This document shows, piece by piece, positions 50,578-60,001 of a stretch of DNA of 64,000 nucleotides. Origin of the DNA: an uncultured Verrucomicrobiae bacterium (GTDB lineage Bacteria; Verrucomicrobiota; Verrucomicrobiia; Chthoniobacterales; UBA10450); contig CAWIBO010000002.1 in assembly GCA_963834385.1 (NCBI GenBank), positions 1-64,000 on the forward strand, given 5' to 3'. Position 1 is the stretch's first letter. Every line of letters begins with the position of its first letter. The notes under the pieces are model-generated. The model did no database searches. It was given only the letters and a program-made list of their open reading frames with translations, and had not been told where the DNA came from. Both the position numbers and the translations under genes were made by a program.

Positions 50578-53007
50578 GTGCCCGCCGGTTATTGTGTTGC
50601 ACCTGTTTTCGCCCTTCGCACGACCGGTGTCCCGTTTCGGCACGTAGCCGGCCTGGCCACACCGCGGGCCACGGAGATCGCGCGCGCGCTTCTGACCGCC
50701 CGGGCCGAGCAAGCCCGGCTGCGCAAGGAACTGAACGATCTTTTCGGTCGGCAGGAGTTCCGCATGTCGGGCCCGCCCTTCCAGTTGGCGGTGGCCGTCA
50801 TGCGGGGTCGCGCCTTGACCGTGGCTCCCGGCGTGGTGCTGCCTCCGGCCGTGCCGGCACTGGCGGAGATTTCCGCCCGGATTGCGGAACTGGAGAAACA
50901 ATTCGAGCCGGTTTTGCGTGCGGAGGTGGCGCAGGCGCGCATGGCCCTGCGCCGCTCCTGCCGCGACGTTCTCCCCGATTACCTGATTTTCGGCGCGGGC
51001 GATATTCGGCGCGAAGTGGCCGAACTGGGGATCGAGGAAGTCGGCGGCGAGCTTCCCGCCCGCAATTCCAAGGAACGCGCGCGCGAGCGGCACCTCCTTC
51101 TCTATCTGCAGCGTCTCTGCGGCAAGAACGACACTTTCAGCCGGTTCGGTCCGTCAACCTGGGGTCGGCTGGATGAAACGGTCACAGGCGTCCGCTTTGA
51201 ACCGAGTGCCGGCATCGATGAACGTCATCTCCTTCTTGAACGCTGGACGGCCCATCTCCTGGCACGCGCCCTGAACGCTGATCCCGCCGCGCGCCGCCAG
51301 TTTTGTCCGCGGCTCCACCCGAACGGCCGGATCGAGGGGAACGAGTTCGTCTTCATCGAGGACAACCGGCGCGTGCCGCTGTCGCCTGCGCTGCGCGAGC
51401 TGCTCGACCAGTGTGACGGGCAAACGCCGGCGCAGGGGCTGGAGGCCGGGCTGCCACAACTGGAGGAGTTGGTGGACCTCGGTGTTCTTCTTTTGGGAGC
51501 CGAGGTGCCCGCGCTGGAAGCGAACGCTTTTGGCGTGCTGGTGCAGGATATCGCCGCGTGGCCGGCCGGCGAGGTTCGCACCGGCTGGCTCGACCGGGCG
51601 GAACGGCTGGGCCGGCTGCCGGCCGAGTTTGGCGCCAGCACGGCGATTGCGCACCGCGTGACGGTGATGAACGAAGCGCGCCGGCTTCTTGGTGAACTGG
51701 GCGAAACCGAAGCGCTGGGGCAGCGGGCGCTCTACAAGGCGGCCAACCCAATTCTCGAGGAGTGCGCCCGGTTCTCCCAATTCCATCTTGGCGTGGAGGC
51801 GGCGGCCGCGCTCACCCGCGAGGGCCGGCCCTGGCTTGACCTTTGGCGCGACACCTATGCCTTTGTCGCGAGCCGCCTTGCCCAGGCCCTGCGCCATCTC
51901 CACCAGTCGGCGCCCCGGCACGACGGTGCGGTGGCCTGGCCGGCGTTCCTGGCCCATTGCGCGCGGCAGAACATGCCGCTCACCGGTCATGGCCTGGTGG
52001 CCCCGGGGCACGTGGCGTTCCAGGAGGTAAAAGGGGCATTCCGCAGGGCCCTGGAAGAGCGTGCGGGAGAGGCCGAGGTGGAACTCACGGCGGAAGATTG
52101 CGCGATTGTGCGCCGCAGTTTTTCGTTCCCCGCCTTCGACGAATACACTTATCCGTCGGCAGACCTGCAGATTGCGGCGCGCTCCTTCGAGGCCATGGCG
52201 CGGGGCGAATACCAATGGATCATCGCGGAACTGCATCCGGCGGTGGCCCTGCTGCACCACGGGCTTTTTTGGAGCTGCCCGGAGAAGGAGGTGCTGGCCG
52301 GGGCGCTGCGGGCCACCACCTTTGGGCAACCGAGTCCGCATTACGGATTTCACGCGGCCGATTTTACGGCGCACACGACGGTGCACCTGATGGAAGCGCT
52401 GGGAGAACAGAGCGTGTTTGTCGCGCCGCAGCGCGGGCGGCCGGAGTGGAACCCGATCCCGCCCGCGGAGGTGGAGGTGGTGGTGCAGGAGGAGAGCGGC
52501 GACGTGGTCCTGCGCCAGCGCGGCACGGGGCGTCATCTTGGTTCGCTGGCCCGGAACTGGTTGATTCCGCTTGGTTTTCATCCGTTCCATTTCGGGCGGA
52601 CGCCGCACATGCCGCGTTTGCGCTGCGGGAACGTGATCGTGCAGCGCCGTTCCTGGACGGTGAAGCTCGAGGAGCTGGCCCCGGGCAATCATGCCGGCAT
52701 CTCGCCCGCGCTCGTCTCAGCGGTGGAGTCGCTCCGGGCGGAGAAAGGCTGGCCCCGGCACATTTACATTCGGCCGACCGAGCAGGCGCTCCGGCGGAGT
52801 GGAGCGGAGGGGCGCGACAAGGACACCAAGCCGGTCTACGTGGATCTCGAGAGCTACCTTTTCCTGGAAATCTTCCATCGTTGGCTGACGAAGGCGGGCG
52901 AACTGGAAGTGACCGAGATGCTGCCGGACCCCGAACATCTGTGCTGGCAGGAACCGGGTGGAAATCACACCTTTGAGATCCGCACCCTTATTGTGCCGGA
53001 AACATGA
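50578..53007 (+). CDS. Stand-alone lantibiotic-dehydratase N-terminal domain protein (small LanB / PEARL-like peptide aminoacyl-tRNA ligase)
   Basis: YLQRLCGKNDTFSRFGP, SADLQIAA, IAELHP, HMPRL...QRRSW, KPVYVDLES, TEMLPDPEH...FEIR; ends without an elimination domain. Confidence 0.8.
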   Translation: MPAGYCVAPVFALRTTGVPFRHVAGLATPRATEIARALLTARAEQARLRKELNDLFGRQEFRMSGPPFQLAVAVMRGRALTVAPGVVLPPAVPALAEISARIAELEKQFEPVLRAEVAQARMALRRSCRDVLPDYLIFGAGDIRREVAELGIEEVGGELPARNSKERARERHLLLYLQRLCGKNDTFSRFGPSTWGRLDETVTGVRFEPSAGIDERHLLLERWTAHLLARALNADPAARRQFCPRLHPNGRIEGNEFVFIEDNRRVPLSPALRELLDQCDGQTPAQGLEAGLPQLEELVDLGVLLLGAEVPALEANAFGVLVQDIAAWPAGEVRTGWLDRAERLGRLPAEFGASTAIAHRVTVMNEARRLLGELGETEALGQRALYKAANPILEECARFSQFHLGVEAAAALTREGRPWLDLWRDTYAFVASRLAQALRHLHQSAPRHDGAVAWPAFLAHCARQNMPLTGHGLVAPGHVAFQEVKGAFRRALEERAGEAEVELTAEDCAIVRRSFSFPAFDEYTYPSADLQIAARSFEAMARGEYQWIIAELHPAVALLHHGLFWSCPEKEVLAGALRATTFGQPSPHYGFHAADFTAHTTVHLMEALGEQSVFVAPQRGRPEWNPIPPAEVEVVVQEESGDVVLRQRGTGRHLGSLARNWLIPLGFHPFHFGRTPHMPRLRCGNVIVQRRSWTVKLEELAPGNHAGISPALVSAVESLRAEKGWPRHIYIRPTEQALRRSGAEGRDKDTKPVYVDLESYLFLEIFHRWLTKAGELEVTEMLPDPEHLCWQEPGGNHTFEIRTLIVPET

Positions 53008-53786
53008 AGATCATCGCCATCGCCAACCAGAAAGGGGGAGTGGGTAAAACCACCACCGCGGTCAACCTGAGCGTGGCGCTCGGCGAAGTGGGCCAGCGCG
53101 TTCTCCTGATCGATCTCGATCCGCAGGGCAACGCCACCAGTTCCTTTGGTCTGCAGGAAATCGAGGGCGAAAGCCTTTACGACCCGATCCTTGGCCAGGC
53201 TCGCCTGGCGGACAAGATCGTGCCCACGCGGCATGGGAACGTTTTCATGATCACGGCCGACCTCGACCTCGCGGGAGCGGAGATCGAGATCGCCCGGATG
53301 CCGGATCACCTCACGCGGCTGCGGGAAGCGATGGAACCGCTGCGCCGGGATGCCACCTTCGACTTCGTCTTTCTCGATTGTCCGCCCTCGCTCGGCATTC
53401 TGATGACGAACGCGCTCGCGGCCGCGGACGAGCTGCTCACCCCGATCCAGTGCGAATACTTCGCGCTCGAGGGCCTGGTGAAAATTGTGCGCGTGGTGGA
53501 ACAGGTGCGCGATTCCGGGGCGAATCCCGGGGTGCGGATCAATGGGATCGTCATGACCATGTTCGACAGCCGGACCAATCTGAGCGGGCAGGTGGTGGAC
53601 GAAGTGCGCCAGCATTTTGGCGAACAAATCTACAGCACCATCATTCCCCGCAGCGTCCGCCTGAGTGAGGCGCCCAGTTTCGGCAAGTCGGTGCTCGAGC
53701 ATGATCCGACCGGCCCGGGTGCGCGGGCTTACCGGGCGCTGGCGGCGGAGTTCTGGGAGCGCCAGAAAGGCGGGAAGCGTCGTTAG
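53004..53786 (+). CDS. parA: ParA/Soj-family ATPase
   Basis: NQKGGVGKTTT, DLDPQGNAT, DCPPSLG, PIQCEYFALEGL, IPRSVRLSEAPSFG. Confidence 0.93.
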   Translation: MKIIAIANQKGGVGKTTTAVNLSVALGEVGQRVLLIDLDPQGNATSSFGLQEIEGESLYDPILGQARLADKIVPTRHGNVFMITADLDLAGAEIEIARMPDHLTRLREAMEPLRRDATFDFVFLDCPPSLGILMTNALAAADELLTPIQCEYFALEGLVKIVRVVEQVRDSGANPGVRINGIVMTMFDSRTNLSGQVVDEVRQHFGEQIYSTIIPRSVRLSEAPSFGKSVLEHDPTGPGARAYRALAAEFWERQKGGKRR

Positions 53787-53809
53787 TTGGAGGAAGGGCG
53801 GGCAGGGGG

Positions 53810-54104
53810 CGTGAATGGTGAATGGTGAATGGTGAATCGTGAATAGGCCGGTCGCGCCTTGTCGGTAGGGCGACGCTCCGCGGAGCCTGGGAGCCCGCCG
53901 GGCGAGCGAATCAGCCGTTGCGTCACGATCTGTCATCCCGAGCGCAGCGAGGGACCTCACGAGCAATGTTTGGTGTGGCAGCACCGTTTTCTCCCAGGCT
54001 CGACGGAGTCTCGCCCCACCGGGGGAGGGTGAAGGGTGAATGCCGGGTTTCGCGGAGGGACGAAGCTTCCGCTCGTCCATGGACCTGCGGAAGCAGGTCC
54101 CTCC
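53810..54104. repeat. Mosaic repeat cluster: 7-mers, inverted REP-A pair enclosing a GTCATCCC hairpin, GGAG doublet
   Basis: Modules at 53810-53845, 53863-53894 (inverted), 53932-53958, 53991-54021 and 54054-54104. Confidence 0.88.
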
Positions 54105-54217
54105 GTTGAGTTTTCGCGGCGATTTGATGGGCGGGATTTGCCGAGAGCGGGAACCCGTGCTACGTTCAGTTGAACGTAAAAGGCGTCAGGGATTTTTCGC
54201 CGCGCGTATCAATCACG

Positions 54218-55472
54218 GTGGATTTACAGGGTAAACTCGCAATTCTGGCTGACGCGGCGAAGTACGACGCTTCCTGCGCGAGCAGCGGCACGACCAAACG
54301 CAACGCGCGTGTCTCGGGCGGCCTCGGCTCCACGGTCGGGACCGGGATTTGTCACAGCTACACCCCGGACGGGCGCTGCGTTTCCCTCCTCAAGATTCTT
54401 CTGACCAATTACTGCGTCTACGACTGCCTTTATTGCATCAACCGCGTTTCCAGCGATGTGCCACGGGCCCGTTTTACTCCCGACGAGGTGATCAAGCTGA
54501 CCCTCGATTTTTACCGCCGCAATTATATCGAGGGGCTTTTCCTCAGCTCGGGGATCATTCGCAATCCGGATTACACCATGGAGCAGGTGATCGCCGTGGC
54601 CCGTCGGCTCCGATTGGAACACCAGTTTCGCGGCTATATCCATTTAAAGACGATTCCCGAGGCTTCGCCCGCGCTGATCGAGGAAGCGGGCCGGTGGGCG
54701 GACCGAATCAGCATCAACATTGAGCTGCCGACCCCGGCCGATGTGGCGAGGCTCGCGCCGGAGAAAAGCTTCGAGAACACCCGCAAAGCCATGGGCGGGA
54801 TCCGGGATCGAATTGCCGAGGCGAAAGCGGCACGAAAAGAGACGGCGAAAGCGCCGGCTTTTGCCCCCGCTGGCCAAAGCACGCAAATGATCGTGGGCGC
54901 GACGGAAGCGAGCGACGCCACCATCCTGGAGCAGGCTTCCGATCTCTACGCGAAGCATAAGCTGCGTCGGGTTTATTACTCGGCTTTCAGTCCCATCCCG
55001 AGCGCGTCGAGCAAGCTGCCGTTGATCGCACCACCGTTGGTGCGGGAACACCGGCTTTACCAGGCCGACTGGCTGGTCCGTTTTTATGGGTTCAAACCGG
55101 CGGAGCTGACCACTCCGGAGGCGCAGAAATCTTGATCTGAACATTGATCCAAAACTGGCCTGGGCCCTGCGCCACCAGGCGGAGTTTCCCGTCGACCTGA
55201 ACCGCGCCGCGCGGGAATCGCTCCTGCGTGTGCCGGGGTTGGGCACCAAATCCGTTGAACGGATTTTGCGTCTGCGGCGCTGGCACAAGCTCCGGCTGGA
55301 TGACCTGACTCGTCTGCGTTTGCCGGTGAAGAAGGTTCTGCCTTTTGTCATCACGGCCGATTACCGGCCGGTCACACTCGAAGGGACGGAGCGGGACAGT
55401 TTTCTTTCTCCGCGGCCTGCCCAGATGGATTTGTTCCCGCGCGAAACCTCGGTGGTGACCGGTCAATTATGA
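54218..55472 (+). CDS. Putative DNA modification/repair radical SAM protein with helix-hairpin-helix (TIGR03916-like); one apparent frameshift near 55128
   Basis: AAKYDASCASSG, GICHSYTPDGRC, CVYDCLYC, REHRLYQADWL; continues as LDLNIDPKLAWAL...LLRVPGLG after removing one A. Confidence 0.88.
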
Positions 55473-56900
55473 TCCGGCCCATGGAGCATCTGCTTTTTGC
55501 GCCAGGCTTCGCCGGCTGGCAGCAGGCGGCGCGGGCGGCCCTTTCCCGCGAATTGATCCCGGAGGAGGTGGCCTGGCAGGAACTTGGGGCGGACCAGCCT
55601 GACCTCGCGCTCTTCGAAACGGAGGTCGTCGCAGCGGCGCCCGCGACCACGGCTTTCCGCGTTCCCCGCCGTTTCGTCGAGCTGGCCCGCCTGGTGGCTT
55701 TGCATCGCGAGGAGGCGCGCTGGGGCCTGCTTTACCGGCTCCTTTGGCGAATCACGCATGGTGAACCGCGCCTGCTCGATATTTTCGTGGATCCGGACGT
55801 GAGCCGCGCTTCCGCGCTGCAGAAGGCGGTCCGGCACGACATTCACAAGATGCGGGCGTTTGTCCGGTTTCGCGAGGTGAAGATGGCCGACGGGCCATGG
55901 TTCGTGGCCTGGTTCGAGCCGGAACACCACATCGTCGAACACAACGCGCAGTTCTTTGTCGATCGTTTCGCCTCGATGCGCTGGTCGATCCTGACCCCGG
56001 AACGATGCGCGCACTGGGATGGAAAGGAGTTGTCGATCACCGCCGGGGTGAACAGGAGCGAGGCGCCGCAGGAGGACGAGATCGAGCCGCTCTGGCTCAC
56101 CTATTACGCAAACATCTTTAACCCGGCCCGGGTGAAAGTGCAGGCCATGCAGGCGGAGATGCCGCGGAAGTACTGGCGGAATCTTCCGGAAAGCGAATTG
56201 ATTCCCGCTCTTTTACGCGAGGCCCCGCGAAGAATGGATGAGATGGCGAGGAAAAGCGCGGCCCAAACGGCGGAGGCGGAAGAGTTCTGGTCGCCGGCGC
56301 AGCCGCCCGCGACCTCGAGCTTGAAGAAGATGGAAGAGGCGGCGGCGGCCTGTCGCGCCTGTCACCTTTACAAGCGCGCCACGCAAACGGTCTTCGGCGA
56401 AGGCCCGAAGGAAGCCACCTTTATGCTCCTCGGCGAGCAACCGGGCGACCAGGAGGATTTGGCCGGCAAGCCGTTTGTCGGGCCGGCGGGGAAACTGCTC
56501 GACCGCGCCCTGGTGGAGGCGGGGATCGACCGGGACGAAGTTTACGTCACCAACACGGTCAAACATTTCAAGTGGGAACCGCGCGGCAAGCGGCGTCTGC
56601 ACCAGAAACCGAACTCGCGCGACATTGCCGCCTGTCGTCCGTGGTTCGAGGCGGAGCTGGCCCTGGTGAAACCGAAGCTCCTCATCTGCCTCGGCTCGAC
56701 CGCGGCCCAGGCCATCCTCGGGTCCGGTTTCCGGGTCACGCGTGAACGCGGCAAAGTGCTCGAGTCGCCCCTGGCCCCGCGTGTTCTGGCGACGGTCGCA
56801 TCCCTCCTCGCTCCTGCGCCAGCCTGACGAGGAAGCCCGGGCGCAGGCTTACGCTCTTTTCCTGGATGATCTGCGCGCAGCGGTTGCTGCCGTGGCCTGA
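55469..56900 (+). CDS. DUF4130 fused to UdgX-family uracil-DNA binding protein; one apparent frameshift near 56797
   Basis: HKMRAFVRF, FNPARVK, MPRKYW; then CRAC, GEQPGDQED, KHFKW, KRRLHQKP; HPSSLLR restored by removing one base; stop at 56900. Confidence 0.87.
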
Positions 56901-56907
56901 GGCCGCC

Positions 56908-57354
56908 CTAACCGGCTGGAGAAGGGCTGGCCTTCGCCTCTTTACGCGCCTTCTTGGCCGCTTTTTCCGCCTCGGTCCGCGGTCCAAGCTTCACCGTTTT
57001 GGCCTCGAGGGAGCCGTCCTCCTTCTTCCAGTAGGACCCCCGAACCTCCATCTCCGCGACCACATCCTTCAGCGTCGCCGGTTCGCCTCCCTTGGTGATG
57101 GTGGTGCGCTCGGAAATCTTGAAAACGCGCGGCTTCTCCTTGCCGGCCACGGTGAAGGTTCGGGCTTCGGCGTCAACCGTCCCGATGGTGCCGCGGTAGG
57201 GGCTGGCCCGTTCGATCTTGGGCGCGGGCGTCTCGGTGGGCGCGGCGGAGATTTCGGGGGTGGGCGAGGGGGAACCCTGGCCGCCCGCGAAAGGGGTGGA
57301 GAGGCAGAAAAACGCGGCTGCGAAAAGGCCCGCGCACAGGCACGAATGTTTCAT
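56908..57354 (-). CDS. Small secreted protein with an OB-like domain (DUF5666-like)
   Basis: Signal peptide, SPSPTP linker, GTIGTVDAEARTFTV...ATLKDV...V.GSY. Confidence 0.6.
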   Translation of the reverse strand: MKHSCLCAGLFAAAFFCLSTPFAGGQGSPSPTPEISAAPTETPAPKIERASPYRGTIGTVDAEARTFTVAGKEKPRVFKISERTTITKGGEPATLKDVVAEMEVRGSYWKKEDGSLEAKTVKLGPRTEAEKAAKKARKEAKASPSPAG

Positions 57355-57379
57355 GGCATGGATTCCGGGTTGAAGGTTT

Positions 57380-57452
57380 TGGAGGTAAGGGGATTCGAAC
57401 CCCTGGCCTCGTCATTGCGAACGACGCGCTCTACCAACTGAGCTATACCCCC
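57380..57452 (-). tRNA. tRNA-Ala (anticodon CGC), CCA not encoded
   Basis: GGGGGTA/TACCTCC acceptor stem with G3:U70, anticodon arm CGTCG-TT-CGC-AA-TGACG, GGTTCGAATCC. Confidence 0.96.
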
Positions 57453-57559
57453 GTCTGGCGGCATCATGATACCCTCCTGAAGCGGGTTTTCAAACGGTCC
57501 GGCGAGCGCTTTGTGCCTGGCCAATTGCGCGTCGGCGCAGGCTGGCCTAGGAAACGACC

Positions 57560-58054
57560 ATGAAATCCTCCGCATCCCTGATCGTGGCGGTGGTGGCGCT
57601 GGCGATGGCGGCGACCGCCCTTGTGCTTACCCTGGGGCGCGCACCGCAGGACGAAGGGTCGGCTGAGCCTTACGAAGTCGCCGTCGCCATGGGCCGGCTC
57701 CAGCGGTTCGCGGAAAAGCTCTACTTCTCCGGCACCGCGGAGAACTGGCCGCTGGCGGATTTTTATCTGCACGAAATCGAGGAAACCAGCGATGAAGTGA
57801 TCCGGGCCGGGGCGATGGACGAGGGCGTCGCCGTCAGTGCCTACATGCGGACCATGTTTCCGCCAGCCCTGGCGGAAATGAAAAAGGCGCTCCAGACGCG
57901 ACAGGTGGAACCGTTCAACCGCGCCTACGAAGGCCTGCTCCTTTCCTGCAACGCCTGCCACCAATCCACCGGGCACGGCTATGTCCGGCTGAAGGCGCCG
58001 GCGGCTCCGAGTTACCCCAGCCAGGAATTCCGGCCGCAGGGCGGCCGTCCCTGA
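57560..58054 (+). CDS. Exported monoheme c-type cytochrome-like protein (C-terminal CxxCH, helical)
   Basis: Signal or anchor helix; CNACH near the C-terminus. Confidence 0.7.
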   Translation: MKSSASLIVAVVALAMAATALVLTLGRAPQDEGSAEPYEVAVAMGRLQRFAEKLYFSGTAENWPLADFYLHEIEETSDEVIRAGAMDEGVAVSAYMRTMFPPALAEMKKALQTRQVEPFNRAYEGLLLSCNACHQSTGHGYVRLKAPAAPSYPSQEFRPQGGRP

Positions 58055-58073
58055 ATCGCTTTGGCTGACCCGC

Positions 58074-58331
58074 TCAGCTCTTGCGGCCGATGATCAGCCG
58101 GTAAAGGAGCAGCAGGAGCATGGCGCCCACGACCGACATGATCCAGCCGGCGGCATAATTCGCTCCACCGAAGGTGATGCGACCGAGCCAGGTGCCGAGA
58201 AACGCGCCGGCAATGCCGAGCAGCATGGTGATGATGCAGCCGCCGGGATCCTTGCCCGGCATGAGCAGTTTGGCGATGCCGCCGACAATGAGACCAATGA
58301 CCAACGTCCAGATGATTGCGCCGATATCCAT
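58074..58331 (-). CDS. GlsB/YeaQ/YmgE-family stress response membrane protein
   Basis: IGLIVGGIAKLLMPGKDPGG..ITMLLGIAGAFLG. Confidence 0.92.
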   Translation of the reverse strand: MDIGAIIWTLVIGLIVGGIAKLLMPGKDPGGCIITMLLGIAGAFLGTWLGRITFGGANYAAGWIMSVVGAMLLLLLYRLIIGRKS

Positions 58332-58390
58332 AAGTATAAGGTGTTGTTTAACGAATCGTCGGGGACCAGCCTGCCGGATTCGAAAAACAA

Positions 58391-59983
58391 TTACAACTCC
58401 ACAACTTGCGCCTTGTGAATATCTTCGCTCGCCTGCAGGGCCGCGAGCAGCTTCGGGGTCGGTTTTGTATCGAGGTTGAGCACCGTCAGCGCCGTGCCCC
58501 CCTCCTGGTTCCGGCTCAGCGACATGGTGGCGATGTTGACCCCATGGTCACCCAGGAGGGTGCCAATGCGCCCGACAATGCCGGGGCGATCGGTGTTCTC
58601 CAGAACAAGAATCACGCCCTGCGGCCGCGCCTCGACCGGGCGTCCGTTGACGCTGACGATGCGCGGGGTGACGCCAAAAAACGCGCCGGCGACTGAAACC
58701 GGGTCGCCCTCGGCGGCGGCGGAAAGCTCAAGCAAATCGGTGTAATCGCCCAGGGCGCTCAGACGGCTCTCCGTTACCCGCAGGCCGAGACTCTCGGCAA
58801 AGGCCGGGGCGTTGACTTCATTGACGTCGATGCCGCCGGCGCTGTGCAGAAACCCCTTCAGGACAGAGCGCGTGATCGCGGTGGTGTCGACTTCGTTGAC
58901 CTTGCCGCTGTAATTCACATTCAGCCGCTCCATCCGCGCGGGCGCGATTTGGGAAAGGAAACGGCCGAGCTTTTCCCCGAAGAGGAGGTGGGGTCCGACC
59001 ACCTCGAGTGTCTTGGCGTCGAGGTTCGGCATGTTGAGGGCGTTACGGATCGTTCCCTCAAGCAGGGCGGCCCGGATCGACTCGGCGATTTCAATGCCAA
59101 CGCTCTCCTGCGCCTCGGCGGTGGAGGCGCCGAGATGCGGGGTCAGGACGAGGCTGGGCGCCTTGCGGAGGGGTGAATCCGCCGGGAGCGGCTCCTGTTC
59201 AAAGACATCAAGGGCGGCGCCGCCCACCTGGCCGCTTTGCAGGGCCTCGAGCAGGGCGTTCTCGTCGATGAGGCCGCCGCGGGCGCAATTGATCACGCGA
59301 ACGCCGGGGCGGGTTCGGGCGAGCGTCTCCTTGTTGAGGAGGTGGCGGGTCTGCGGCGTGAGCGGGGTGTGCAGGGTGATGAAATCTGCGCGCGCCAGAA
59401 GCAGGTCGAGGTCTTCCGCCAGTTCCACCTGCAGGGTGCGGGCGCGGGTGGCGGCGAGGTAGGGGTCGAAGGCGACCACGCGCATGCCGAAGGAGATGGC
59501 GCGGCGGCTGAGCTCGCTCCCGATCCGGCCCATGCCGATGATGCCGAGGGTTTTGTTGTAAAGTTCCACCCCTTCGAATTGTTTCCGCTGCCAGCTCCCG
59601 CTCCGGACGGACGCGTCGGCCTGCGGAATCCTGCGCGCCACGCTCAGGAGGAGGGAAAAGGCGTGTTCCGCGGTCGAGACGGTATTGCCGCCGGGGGCGT
59701 TCATGACGATGATCCCGCGGCGGGTGGCGGCCTCCAGGTCGACGTTGTCGATCCCGACCCCGGCCCTTCCGATGACTCGGAGTTTGGTTGCCGCCTCCAC
59801 CACCGCCCGGGTCACCCGGGTTTCGCTCCGGACCACAAGGGCGCTGAACTCCGGAATTCTCGCGATCAGCTCCGCCTCCTTCAGGCCATGCTGGACGGAG
59901 ACTTCGAGCCGACCATCGCGTCCCAGTTCCTCGACGCCCCGGGCGGAAACGGGATCAGCCACCAGGACTTTAAGCGGGGTCAT
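58391..59983 (-). CDS. serA: D-3-phosphoglycerate dehydrogenase (with ASB and ACT domains)
   Basis: GRAGVGIDNVD, GMGRIG, INCARGG, TPHLGASTAEAQ, DRPGIVG. Confidence 0.96.
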   Translation of the reverse strand: MTPLKVLVADPVSARGVEELGRDGRLEVSVQHGLKEAELIARIPEFSALVVRSETRVTRAVVEAATKLRVIGRAGVGIDNVDLEAATRRGIIVMNAPGGNTVSTAEHAFSLLLSVARRIPQADASVRSGSWQRKQFEGVELYNKTLGIIGMGRIGSELSRRAISFGMRVVAFDPYLAATRARTLQVELAEDLDLLLARADFITLHTPLTPQTRHLLNKETLARTRPGVRVINCARGGLIDENALLEALQSGQVGGAALDVFEQEPLPADSPLRKAPSLVLTPHLGASTAEAQESVGIEIAESIRAALLEGTIRNALNMPNLDAKTLEVVGPHLLFGEKLGRFLSQIAPARMERLNVNYSGKVNEVDTTAITRSVLKGFLHSAGGIDVNEVNAPAFAESLGLRVTESRLSALGDYTDLLELSAAAEGDPVSVAGAFFGVTPRIVSVNGRPVEARPQGVILVLENTDRPGIVGRIGTLLGDHGVNIATMSLSRNQEGGTALTVLNLDTKPTPKLLAALQASEDIHKAQVVEL

Positions 59984-60001
59984 GTTGGAAGAATCCCCTT
60001 C

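Noticed and set aside
50578..53007. Lanthipeptide or thiopeptide biosynthetic cluster
   Set aside because: No elimination domain, LanC, YcaO, exporter or Ser/Thr/Cys-rich precursor is nearby.
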